Source: a virus
Taxonomy: Duplodnaviria; Caudoviricetes
Reading direction: 5' to 3' (one strand)
Length of the DNA stretch: 44,205 nucleotides
Virus record (IMG/VR): IMGVR_UViG_3300043443_000124
Span: 1 to 44,205 of that record
Both the position numbers and the translations under genes were made by a program. The notes under the pieces were generated by a model. The model was given only the letters and a program-made list of their open reading frames with translations, was not told where the DNA came from and made no database searches. Below are positions 1-8,813 of this stretch, piece by piece (within the stretch, counting starts at the first letter, position 1; each line of letters begins with the position of its first letter).

Positions 1-142
1 TGTTGATTGGTAGGAAGCGGTGGCCTCCCTCAACGTCAAGCATTAGGCGTGGGTATGGAGCTGTTACAGCAAAGCTGGACTTACCAACCTTAGATTCGCC
101 ATAAACCATAATTGTTAAACTGCGATCAACTGCGTTACTCAT
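1..142 (-). CDS. AAA-type P-loop ATPase, Sak4-like recombinase (N-terminal part; runs off the window edge)
   Basis: Not in the ORF track. Translated by hand from ATG at 142, which overlaps the upstream TAA (TAATG): MSNAVDRSLTIMVYGESKVGKSSFAVTAPYPRLMLDVEGGHRFLPIN. Walker A GESKVGKS plus LDVEGG is typical of the Sak4/AAA_24 family, and it sits beside an exonuclease. Confidence 0.8.
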   Translation of the reverse strand, partial: MSNAVDRSLTIMVYGESKVGKSSFAVTAPYPRLMLDVEGGHRFLPIN

Positions 143-1074
143 TACTCACTTCCCTTCTGTTCATCGTTTATTCCATAGTATCCGTACGGGTCGGCGACCA
201 CGAACGCATCGCTAATTGCTGCTTCAGCTGCCGAACCATCGTCAACTAGAGGGCAAATAGCGAAGAATTGGCACTTCCACTTACAATCACGGCTTGGTTT
301 CGGATATGCATAGCGGAAGTGGCTCTCACCAGCGTCTAGGGCATCACGCACGCGCATCATGTCCTCTAGAGTGCCTTCCAGGCGCTCATAAAACGAGCGG
401 AGAGCAAACTTATTGTGTCGAACTTCGATTTGGTCGTAGAACGGTGGCTTAGCGTAAGCACCGCGCTTTACCTTTCGAAGCATTGTAAAGATAGCGCCAT
501 CAGACCTTTCGCCTTCTTTATTCTGCGCCTCTTCGAGAATCATATAGGTCAAGACCTGCTCATTCATGTGAGAGATAGAGCCAAAGTCGGCAAATGAGCC
601 ACCAACAGTCTTAAAGTCACGGAACATGCGAGCGCCGTCAATCTTACGACGAACACGCATATCAATCTTTCCCTGAAGAGTTACGCGACCATTTAGCATT
701 GGGCGTTCAATAATTTCTTCAGTAGAAATCATCTCTAGCTCTGCATCAATGCCATTGAGCTCAATCCACTCAAGGTATCCTTCAAGCATAACTCGGCCTA
801 GCTCGGCTTCAGTTTCAAGATTCGTAGTATCGCGGAATGCGTCATTCATCTTCTTTAGGTCTTCTTTGACTAGCTCAGAGTGAGCTTCAAGAAGATCCTG
901 ACCAGTGGAGTAGTGTCGATCTAGTGCCTCGTGGATTCGAGACCCGAGAGCAAGGGCTCCAGTAAATTCTTCAACCTTTGGACGAAGACGACGGTAGTAC
1001 GTAAACCACCAACGGCGACGGCAGTCCTTAAAGGTTTGGATCTCCGAGTTGGAGATTCTAATTGGCTCTGTCAC
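142..1074 (-). CDS. Cas4/RecB-like PD-(D/E)XK exonuclease with probable 4Fe-4S cluster
   Basis: N-terminal SxSEIxTFxDCRRRWW, then GSRIHEAL, catalytic GKID...DFKT and Q..TY, and C-terminal CKWKCQFFAIC. The 1+3 Cys arrangement matches the AddB/Cas4 iron staple. Confidence 0.85.
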   Translation of the reverse strand: MTEPIRISNSEIQTFKDCRRRWWFTYYRRLRPKVEEFTGALALGSRIHEALDRHYSTGQDLLEAHSELVKEDLKKMNDAFRDTTNLETEAELGRVMLEGYLEWIELNGIDAELEMISTEEIIERPMLNGRVTLQGKIDMRVRRKIDGARMFRDFKTVGGSFADFGSISHMNEQVLTYMILEEAQNKEGERSDGAIFTMLRKVKRGAYAKPPFYDQIEVRHNKFALRSFYERLEGTLEDMMRVRDALDAGESHFRYAYPKPSRDCKWKCQFFAICPLVDDGSAAEAAISDAFVVADPYGYYGINDEQKGSE

Positions 1075-2903
1075 TATAGTTCCTTTTTGTTGTCATTTAG
1101 TAGCTTGATGAGCTGCTCTTTGTCGCGCACTACTTGCTGGAAGTTTTCTGACTTACCATCAAGCGCTTCAATTACTCGCTCTTCAATTGTTCCCTCGGTC
1201 ACATAATCAGTTATGAGAATCGAATCGTGAATCTCAGAGCCAATTCTGTGAACTCGGTCCAAGGCCTGCTTGTAGTCGACAAGGGACCATGGTCTTTGAA
1301 GCATAACAAGTCTTCGTGCTGCTGTCAAGGTGACACCAACACCACCAGCCTGAGCCGTGAAAAGAATCCACTTCGTTCTACCAGACTGGAAGTCGTCAAT
1401 AGCTCGCTGACGCTCGTCGCCAGACTGAGCACCAGTAATTAGCCCGTGTGGGATCTTCTCTTTAGTCAGTCTTGCACTGAGCAACTCAATGAGCTGGCGC
1501 GATACTGCACATACTGCTACAGAGTCATCGCCAAAGTCACCATTTTCAATGTCATCCATCAGAGCATCAACTTTACAAGAAGGGTCTGACAAAATCATTT
1601 TCTCTTGTCCATCTACAAGTTCCATAGTTCCGTACGAACTAGCAAACTGTAGTAGACGCATTGTCTGAGTTAGCGGGTTAGGTGCCACAACAATATCAGT
1701 TTCACCCTGCTCATAAGCTTCTTGAAAACGTTCTTCTGGCGTAGTGCTTAGCTCAGCAATCATGTTTTCAAGCATCTGCTTATATGCCTTAGCCTGCTTG
1801 GCACCCATTTCAACATCTCTGCGGTCATTGATGACAGCTGGAAGCCAAGGCAGCACCTTCTGCTTCAACATACGGCGCATACGAGGGTGAATACCTGCAA
1901 AGAATTCTGCTTCCATAGCTGGTTTAAGCCCAAGAATCATAAGCCCGCCAAAGGCGTTCATCATTGTATTGACGTAGCGATCTAGCCACTTAGTCTTGCT
2001 TGGCCACTCTTTTGCGTCTAGCCAGTGAAGAATTGGCCACAGGTCAACTACGGTATTTGCAATTGGAGTACCTGTAAGTGCAAATCTGATATCAGCATTG
2101 CCAGAGGCTGCCCAAAAAGCACGAGTCTGCTTAGACTTAGGGTCCTTTGAGCGGTGGATCTCGTCAGCAACTACGGCTTTAAAGTCAATAACGTTTAGCT
2201 CTCGTTGGTGTACCTCGCACCTAGCAGCTGTGATCTTAGAGTCGTGGCCACCACACTCGGTGCAGCGGGCAAGAGCAATAGAGCCATACGACAGCAACTT
2301 TGAGTGAGTCCTGAGCGATTCCCAGTTGATGACATACACCTGTGCTTCGTGGTCGAAAGCTTTGCGCCGTTGGGTAGCCGAACCCTTAATCACCTGCACA
2401 TCAATTCCAGGCCACCAGCGGTCAAACTCTCGCTCCCAGTTGGTTTTTAGAGTGTTAGGGCACACGATTAGGGCAGGGAAAACCTGATCTCCGCGGTCAT
2501 GTAGGCGCTTTAGGGATCTGATAGCCTGAGCAGTCTTGCCTAGGCCTGGTTCGTCCGCTAAGAGCGCCCTACGGGCTGTAGAGAGAAACTCTACGCCAGC
2601 ACGCTGGTGCGGAAATAGGTCCTGATCTCCGTCCTCTACTCCTTCAACTTCTCTCAAAGCATTAGACGGATCAATTCTGGTTGCTTTCTCTAGTCTTGCC
2701 CATTCAGCAAGCTTTGGGCCAATTTCTAGCTGCTGACCAAAAGTGGATCTCAAAGACAGGCAGCCAGTCCAGGAAACTGGAATTCGCCAAACGTTCTTAT
2801 CTGAATCCCACTTGGAGCCAGGGAGTGCGCGGCAAACTTCCTTTAGACGCCACTCAGCATTAATAATGATGTGGTCATTCTCAAGTTCTACAAAAACACC
2901 CAA
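1074..2903 (-). CDS. SNF2-family (SF2) DNA helicase/translocase
   Basis: Motifs LFPHQ, LADEPGLGKT (Walker A), DEIH (Walker B), LTGTP, GGVGVTLT and QALDRVHRIG; TTG start. Confidence 0.92.
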   Translation of the reverse strand: MGVFVELENDHIIINAEWRLKEVCRALPGSKWDSDKNVWRIPVSWTGCLSLRSTFGQQLEIGPKLAEWARLEKATRIDPSNALREVEGVEDGDQDLFPHQRAGVEFLSTARRALLADEPGLGKTAQAIRSLKRLHDRGDQVFPALIVCPNTLKTNWEREFDRWWPGIDVQVIKGSATQRRKAFDHEAQVYVINWESLRTHSKLLSYGSIALARCTECGGHDSKITAARCEVHQRELNVIDFKAVVADEIHRSKDPKSKQTRAFWAASGNADIRFALTGTPIANTVVDLWPILHWLDAKEWPSKTKWLDRYVNTMMNAFGGLMILGLKPAMEAEFFAGIHPRMRRMLKQKVLPWLPAVINDRRDVEMGAKQAKAYKQMLENMIAELSTTPEERFQEAYEQGETDIVVAPNPLTQTMRLLQFASSYGTMELVDGQEKMILSDPSCKVDALMDDIENGDFGDDSVAVCAVSRQLIELLSARLTKEKIPHGLITGAQSGDERQRAIDDFQSGRTKWILFTAQAGGVGVTLTAARRLVMLQRPWSLVDYKQALDRVHRIGSEIHDSILITDYVTEGTIEERVIEALDGKSENFQQVVRDKEQLIKLLNDNKKEL

Positions 2904-2930
2904 TTAGGGTCTCCAATCTGTCGCTACATA

Positions 2931-2974
2931 TATATTATCAGAAAAAACTACCAGTGCAAGTGTTTTTTGATAAT
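2931..2974 (-). promoter_or_regulatory. Probable promoter for the helicase/exonuclease operon, overlapped by an imperfect inverted repeat
   Basis: Minus strand reads TTGCAC-16 nt-TAATAT. The arms TATTATCAGAAAAAAC and GTTTTTTGATAATA form an inverted repeat around the -35 box. Confidence 0.5.
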
Positions 2975-2978
2975 ATTT

Positions 2979-3440
2979 TTAGTCTTTTAGTAATCCTACA
3001 GGCTTCCAGCCAGTATTCACTGCACGCAATAGGGCGTGTCGGATTGCATCTAAGGCATGTCCAGCCCCTCCACGGTGCCAATATCCAAGCTTTTTTAGCT
3101 TTTCATTGGTAAACATTGCCATGGCATTGGCAGGTGCTTGAAAGTATATGTCATCGCCAGACTTATCGACATCGAATAGACATTGCTTCAAGATACCTAT
3201 AACCTCTAGGGAGTACGGAGCCTGAGAGTTACGTACCGTCTGCGCATTAATGACAAATCGTTCGCAGGCGACATCGACAATTATGTCTAAATTTCCTAGA
3301 ACTTCTCGAATAATAGGAGCAACCTCGTGCTGTTGGAGCTCCCAGGAGCTTTCCAGTTCTGGGTCAGAGCCAGGGTTCAGCTTAAGTAGGGCTACTCCAG
3401 TAATTTTACCTGGATCCAGGGCTAACACGTATTTAGACAT
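2979..3440 (-). CDS. RuvC-like Holliday junction resolvase
   Basis: N-terminal VLALDPGKITG, central VACE, C-terminal HALDAIRHA: the RNase H-fold acidic residues typical of actinophage RuvC-like proteins. Confidence 0.8.
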   Translation of the reverse strand: MSKYVLALDPGKITGVALLKLNPGSDPELESSWELQQHEVAPIIREVLGNLDIIVDVACERFVINAQTVRNSQAPYSLEVIGILKQCLFDVDKSGDDIYFQAPANAMAMFTNEKLKKLGYWHRGGAGHALDAIRHALLRAVNTGWKPVGLLKD

Positions 3441-5253
3441 ATTTAGCTCCCCAGTTCTCTAGTGGACCATCAACATCAGCAGTCAAAGGCACTGCCCATC
3501 CGTCGGTAGTAGTCATACACTTCCTAACAAGTTGCTGGATCTCAGCTGCGTCCTCTCTAGGAGCATTGAGCACAATTTCATCATGCACTGGGACAATTAG
3601 CAAGTCAGTTAGGTCAGCTTGATCAAGTTTCACCAAGTTTGATTTGAACACTTCTGCAGCTCCACCTTGGATTAGGTAGTTAACTAGGGTATACACACGA
3701 TCTTCATCACACGGGATTCTTCGTCCAGTCCATGTGTGAACATAACCTTGGCCTTCTGCCTCGAGGCGTGCACTGCCAGTCTGCTCTACGTATTTTTGGA
3801 ATCGTTGCATTCCAGGGTATCGCTCATCGAAGGCATTAGATACGGCACGCATCTGCTCTTCTGGTACACCAGCAGTTAGGGCCTGCTTCGAAACACCTGC
3901 GCCATATAGACGCCCATAAACTACACCCTTAATGAGGCCACGGCGCTTATCCGACTTCTGCATAGTAGGGTCTTGATAAACTTCTCTACCAATTTCGGTG
4001 AACGGGTCAGAGCCAGTAGCGTCTGAACGCAAGAACAGCTGAATCAGGTTTGGGTCCTGAGATAGAGAAGCAAACATACGGAACTCAACCTGGTCAAGAT
4101 CCGAGGTGATGATTACATGGTCGTCATCCTTTGGAAGGAATGCGCGACGAACAGTGTCGTCACCCTTAGGCAGAGTCTGTAGCGCAGGGTTCTGGATTGA
4201 CATACGACCAGTTCGTGCACCCATAGTGTTGATAGATGGGTGAACAAAGCCGTCTGTGTTGTCGTTTAGGAAGTTTAAGAAGTAAGTGTTTGCCAACTTA
4301 AGTGCTTGACGATACTTGAGGGTAGTCTCGGCCAGCTGCTTAGACTCTGCATTACCGTCACGAGAGATAAGTTTTAGCTGGTCCTTAGATGCAGACTTCT
4401 GACCCTTATCGGTTAGCTCGGTAATTTCAAATCCTAGGGTTTCAAATTGTCGAACTAGTTGCTGGTTACTTCCAATAGAGAGACCATAGCTACTCTTAGC
4501 CCACTCGGCTACTTGCTCGGTGTAGTCAATTAGCTCTTGATACTTTTTCTTAGAGTAGTCGAGGTCCAAACGAGCACCGTTAAGTTCCATCTTTGTCGTG
4601 ATTCTACGAGTATTCATTTCAAGCTCGTAAGGAATACTGTAAGGCTTACCAGGAGCAGTCTTCTCCCAAAACATCTCAAATAGACGCATTGTAAGGACAG
4701 TGTCAAGGGCACCATAAGACCAGTATGGCTCATAGTTGATTGGGACAGTGCCCCAAGTCCAACCGTTGTCCGACAAACCGTAATCAAGAATTGACTGCAA
4801 AGCTGCAGCTGTAGGGTCTACATACTGTTCGGTGAGCTTTTTAAGGGCACCAGTACCTAGCGGGTCAATAATCTTTGCCATGATCATGGTGTCATGGGCA
4901 CGGTGCCAAGGGATAGACCATTCGGATTGGGTCTCAAACCATTTAGCCTCGAAGGCAATATTGTGGCAAACTAGCGGACCATCAAACTTATCCATCGCAT
5001 CATAGAAGACGCCCTTCCAGGCATCCCATGGGATAGACCAACCAGTCATACCATCACCAACCTGAACTAGGCGTAGGCGACCGTGCCACGGAGAAAATGC
5101 GTCTTTGCGAGGGTTTCCTGGCAGTTCTCCAGTTTCAGTGTCGATAGCGATAGCATTCAAAGGGCGTCTTTCGCCAAGCCATGACATAAACTCTGAAGCT
5201 TTTGCCACACTATCGACTAGGTGGAGTTGAACTCCTTCTAGTCCTGTTGTCAT
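3433..5253 (-). CDS. polA: DNA polymerase family A (3'-5' exonuclease plus polymerase; no 5'-3' exonuclease)
   Basis: ExoI AIDTET, ExoII HNIAFE, ExoIII YGALD; TGRMSIQNPALQ; motif A DLDQVEFR; motif B RRGLIKGVVYGRLYG; NYLIQG; motif C VHDE. Confidence 0.95.
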   Translation of the reverse strand: MTTGLEGVQLHLVDSVAKASEFMSWLGERRPLNAIAIDTETGELPGNPRKDAFSPWHGRLRLVQVGDGMTGWSIPWDAWKGVFYDAMDKFDGPLVCHNIAFEAKWFETQSEWSIPWHRAHDTMIMAKIIDPLGTGALKKLTEQYVDPTAAALQSILDYGLSDNGWTWGTVPINYEPYWSYGALDTVLTMRLFEMFWEKTAPGKPYSIPYELEMNTRRITTKMELNGARLDLDYSKKKYQELIDYTEQVAEWAKSSYGLSIGSNQQLVRQFETLGFEITELTDKGQKSASKDQLKLISRDGNAESKQLAETTLKYRQALKLANTYFLNFLNDNTDGFVHPSINTMGARTGRMSIQNPALQTLPKGDDTVRRAFLPKDDDHVIITSDLDQVEFRMFASLSQDPNLIQLFLRSDATGSDPFTEIGREVYQDPTMQKSDKRRGLIKGVVYGRLYGAGVSKQALTAGVPEEQMRAVSNAFDERYPGMQRFQKYVEQTGSARLEAEGQGYVHTWTGRRIPCDEDRVYTLVNYLIQGGAAEVFKSNLVKLDQADLTDLLIVPVHDEIVLNAPREDAAEIQQLVRKCMTTTDGWAVPLTADVDGPLENWGAKYV

Positions 5254-5271
5254 TTTGTCTTTCTGTTGTGC

Positions 5272-5742
5272 TTATGGAACTATTTCAAAATTATAGACAC
5301 TAGCTATATCTTTGTCAAGTTTTGCTGCATCTCTAAGTAGACGCTGGGAAACACTCGTCAGATAGTAGGTCCCATTGTCGCCTTCCCTATATAGAGCATC
5401 TAAAATAGCTTCTGGCTCCGAGGCAATTAGGGCCCAGTACCTATACTTCTCTGGAAAGACTAGGTCGAGGCTATCATCTGGGTTGCACTCTTCGCAAGGC
5501 GCTGATTTCCTAGAGATATCGTAAATCGAAGCTTCACTTAGTTTATATTTAGACACAATGGAACAGGCAGCTCCGTGAAATACTAGTGAAACCCCTACGC
5601 GACTTAGTATGTAGGATCCGCTCTCTGTCTTATACAGCTCGAACTCGATCCATCTGTTAGAACCTTTTCGTTCCGAGGTAGATTTAGCGAGCAGGGACCC
5701 GTTGAATTGTAGAGTTCTGTCTCCGTCTTTAACACTAAACAT
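5272..5742 (-). CDS. Hypothetical protein with possible Zn-binding His/Cys residues
   Basis: 156-aa ORF coupled to the tail fibre stop (TAATG overlap). Contains HGAAC and CEEC; no family recognised. Confidence 0.6.
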   Translation of the reverse strand: MFSVKDGDRTLQFNGSLLAKSTSERKGSNRWIEFELYKTESGSYILSRVGVSLVFHGAACSIVSKYKLSEASIYDISRKSAPCEECNPDDSLDLVFPEKYRYWALIASEPEAILDALYREGDNGTYYLTSVSQRLLRDAAKLDKDIASVYNFEIVP

Positions 5743-8700
5743 TACTTACCCTCCAACGCACTAAGTCTGGCTTCCAGTGCAGCATTTTTTTCCGAAAGCT
5801 CTTGAATTGCTTTTGTTAGGTAAGGAATAAGCTCGGTGTGGTTAAGCGTGAGAAGAGGGTCAGTGTCAAACCCTAAGCTCTCGGCTCCCTCCATATTCGG
5901 AATCATATCTGGATTTTCTTGTACTACAGTGTAGGTAGTTATTGGCAGAACATTAGCGACATCTTGAGCTAAGAATCCAGAGAATAACTTGTCGGTTTCG
6001 TCGACTTTGCTGTTGAAGGTTACTGGACGCAGCTGGGATACGATGTCTAGTCCAGAAGCTATTTCCTCGATCGAATCCTTAATGCGCCTATCCGAGCTAA
6101 CTACCTGAATAGCAGTTCGGTAATCTTGACGTCGCATATTGGCGGCGCTTGTTGTTGTACCTACAAAAGTCAATAGCTGACCAGAGTTAGTGAACGAGGC
6201 AACGGTACCGTTACTATCATTTAGCTGCACACCGCTTCCAACGACAAGACTTCCAGTTAGGGGGCCACTACTAAGATATAGACCACTACCGATACCTTCT
6301 ATTTCACCTCTTAGGTTTCCTGCAGTGTCTCTAAACTGAACGCTATCAGTATCACCTCTGATTTCTACTCGCTGGCCCGAAGCAGAAGTTCTAATGATTC
6401 CACCAGTGATGGTTCCACCAGACCCTACGGTAATAGTGTCTGCTATGACATCGTCAAGATATGACATACCATTTGCATAGAATCTAAAAGCTGTACCAGT
6501 AGCTTTATAGCCTACAATTCCAGGGGCAGACGATGAAGACCCTCGGATCTCGATTCGAGCTCCAGTGGTGCCAGTTCTTATGGTTCCAGCAAGAACCGAA
6601 GTAGCTTTTAGTCGGTCTGCATCAATAGTTCCAGTAGTAATCGCACCACCGTCAATAGTAGTTGTATCTTTCCAAGTGTTAATGTCAGACGCAGCGCCAC
6701 CCTTCGGGATGGCGTTAGCTGCTACATTGCTTACAGTACTCAGATCTGCGCTTGTGGCGTAGCCGCCGATTTGAACACCGCTAGCGATATAGACAGAGCC
6801 GTCGCTACTAAGAATTCTAAATGTCAGACCGCCGCCAGAGTTGTAGGCATAAAGTCCAGTGTTGTTCATCTCAACGCGTGGGTTAGTAGCAGAGGTCCTG
6901 ACTGTGGCACCAGTAATTAACTTACCGTCAAGGGCACCAACTTTAATCTTGTCCGCTTCAATAGCATTTGCCTGAATTGCGTTTGCAGAGATAGCATTGG
7001 CCGCAACAGTGTTAGCTGTTACTGCATCTGCGCCAATCTTGCCCGCAATAATTGCGCCAGCTGCAATCTGGTTCGCACCAATTGCGTTTGCAGAGATGGC
7101 ATTCTGAGTCACAACGTTAGGTCCAAGCAGCGATGCAGCATTGATAGCACCATTCGCTAGTGCACCAGCAGAGACCAAGTTTCCAGCAAAAGACCAGCTG
7201 TTTAGTACGTTTGCAACTAGTAGGTCGGTATTAACTAGAGGCGTAACTCTAGCAGTTGACTGTACTGATGCAAGACTGTGGACGCCGCTACTGTCTGTCA
7301 GAACAAACTTGAAATAGTAGTCAGTGTTGTACTCTACGTCAGAGAAAATCGCATAGTTGTTGGCTACAGCAGAAATGGTAGATATGAGGGTAGAGTCCGA
7401 TGGCGTGAACCCAGAGACTGTGCTCCTGTGGATCTTTAAATACAAGAGATCGCTAGGAGGCAGTGACGGTGGCGTAGTTGCTAACAGACCATCCCACTTA
7501 ACAGTCATCGTGCCAAGCTTTGATTCAATGATTGGTGCTGTCGGGCCTACTGCCGATATTGGAGTTGATTTGATAGCCGTAGTGTGGCTCTTCGACACTG
7601 GGTCAGAGTCTTGCTGCCCACTATCGTACGCAATGAGCTGGAAGTAGTAAAGCTTGCCTTGCTCAAATCGAGCATCATCATCGAAAGTGTAAGAAGTTGC
7701 TGTTTTGATAGGCACGTCTTTGATGCGCCAGTCTTCGTTAGTATTTCTTCTCCACTTAATTCTGTATCCAACTAAGTCAGTAAGGTCTTTACCAGCTTTA
7801 GTCTTATTTGGAGCTGTCCAACTTAGAGTTACCTTAGCTGTAGGGAAAGAGACATTAGTAGAGACCATTCCCTCACTTGTAACTTGAAGGTTTGTCGGTG
7901 CTGCAGGAGGGTCGCCGTCCTGTACAGGGTCAGCAACATTTGAGTAGTCAACCCAACGAATGCCATCCCAGTAGTAGATCTTGTTATTCGCGCTATCAGC
8001 CCATGTGGACCCGATAGCTAAGAATTTTTTAGCAACTGGGTACACATAAAATGGAGCATCGGGAGTGGTAGTTGGTACAGGAGTATCGACACCAGCATCC
8101 AGTGTGTAAGTTATGGTATTACTGGTTACGCCAGTAATTCTGAATAATCCATCAGGGCCGTAAGCCCTAGAGTCTTCGGCAAAAATATCAACAAATACTA
8201 TGTCATCAACTTGAAACTTGTGGGTCGCGTTAGTAGTTAAAGTTACAGTTGTACCAGTTATCGCGTATGTGCTAACTAAACGCTTAGTCTGCAGCTGTCT
8301 GTATTGAGTTAGGGTGGTAGGCGCTGCTGTCTCTGGCGCAAACGAGTAAGTGTTTGTAATGACAACGCCAGGAAGCTGATCGGTGGACGGGTCATCCTTA
8401 ACTTTACCGCCTGGGAGCGTTCTCTTAGTCCATGGCGGAGTGTCTACTGCCTTTACAATGAAGTCTTCAGACGTGACATCGATATTTAGAGTAGAAGTGC
8501 CGTGAATACCGCTGACGTGGATAGTGTCACCGACTGCTAGATCTAAGTCAGACTCTACATAAATTTCTACTCTGTCTTCTGTCTGGCCGTTAATTTTTTT
8601 AGGATATAGATAAGCATCCTGAATCTTAACGAAAACAGGTGCACCATCGGCTAGAACAGCTGTAGGAGGTAGGGTCGGTGTGCCAGTTTCCACGGCTGCA

Positions 8701-8813
8701 GTGATTTGATCCTGAGTTAAAAGACTTATAGGGCGAAGCTCTACTGATTTTACGCGTTGATCTAGTCGACTCATTAGAGTCGTAAGTTTTCTGCGGCGTC
8801 TACGAATACCCAT
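5742..8813 (-). CDS. Tail fibre / host-recognition protein with FN3-like domains and a C-terminal intramolecular chaperone (peptidase S74 type)
   Basis: FN3-like segment PAAPTNL...LSWTAP...GYRIKW...YYFQLIAYD; ANAI/AGAI/ADKI short repeats typical of beta-helical fibres; C-terminal SSDRRIKDSI...GFLAQDV...LIPYLTKAIQEL followed by a coiled coil; last gene of the tail module. Confidence 0.85.
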   Translation of the reverse strand: MGIRRRRRKLTTLMSRLDQRVKSVELRPISLLTQDQITAAVETGTPTLPPTAVLADGAPVFVKIQDAYLYPKKINGQTEDRVEIYVESDLDLAVGDTIHVSGIHGTSTLNIDVTSEDFIVKAVDTPPWTKRTLPGGKVKDDPSTDQLPGVVITNTYSFAPETAAPTTLTQYRQLQTKRLVSTYAITGTTVTLTTNATHKFQVDDIVFVDIFAEDSRAYGPDGLFRITGVTSNTITYTLDAGVDTPVPTTTPDAPFYVYPVAKKFLAIGSTWADSANNKIYYWDGIRWVDYSNVADPVQDGDPPAAPTNLQVTSEGMVSTNVSFPTAKVTLSWTAPNKTKAGKDLTDLVGYRIKWRRNTNEDWRIKDVPIKTATSYTFDDDARFEQGKLYYFQLIAYDSGQQDSDPVSKSHTTAIKSTPISAVGPTAPIIESKLGTMTVKWDGLLATTPPSLPPSDLLYLKIHRSTVSGFTPSDSTLISTISAVANNYAIFSDVEYNTDYYFKFVLTDSSGVHSLASVQSTARVTPLVNTDLLVANVLNSWSFAGNLVSAGALANGAINAASLLGPNVVTQNAISANAIGANQIAAGAIIAGKIGADAVTANTVAANAISANAIQANAIEADKIKVGALDGKLITGATVRTSATNPRVEMNNTGLYAYNSGGGLTFRILSSDGSVYIASGVQIGGYATSADLSTVSNVAANAIPKGGAASDINTWKDTTTIDGGAITTGTIDADRLKATSVLAGTIRTGTTGARIEIRGSSSSAPGIVGYKATGTAFRFYANGMSYLDDVIADTITVGSGGTITGGIIRTSASGQRVEIRGDTDSVQFRDTAGNLRGEIEGIGSGLYLSSGPLTGSLVVGSGVQLNDSNGTVASFTNSGQLLTFVGTTTSAANMRRQDYRTAIQVVSSDRRIKDSIEEIASGLDIVSQLRPVTFNSKVDETDKLFSGFLAQDVANVLPITTYTVVQENPDMIPNMEGAESLGFDTDPLLTLNHTELIPYLTKAIQELSEKNAALEARLSALEGK

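Noticed and set aside
142-1074. Cas4-like gene as a sign of a CRISPR-Cas system
   Set aside because: No repeat-spacer array or other cas genes. Its context beside a Sak4-like ATPase and helicase fits phage recombination.
1074-5253. Inteins or introns in the helicase or polymerase (terminase also checked)
   Set aside because: Lengths are ordinary, motifs are contiguous, and no intein splice-junction or homing endonuclease motifs were seen.
5742-8813. Diversity-generating retroelement target in the tail fibre
   Set aside because: No reverse transcriptase or template/variable repeat pair seen; the C-terminus is a chaperone domain.
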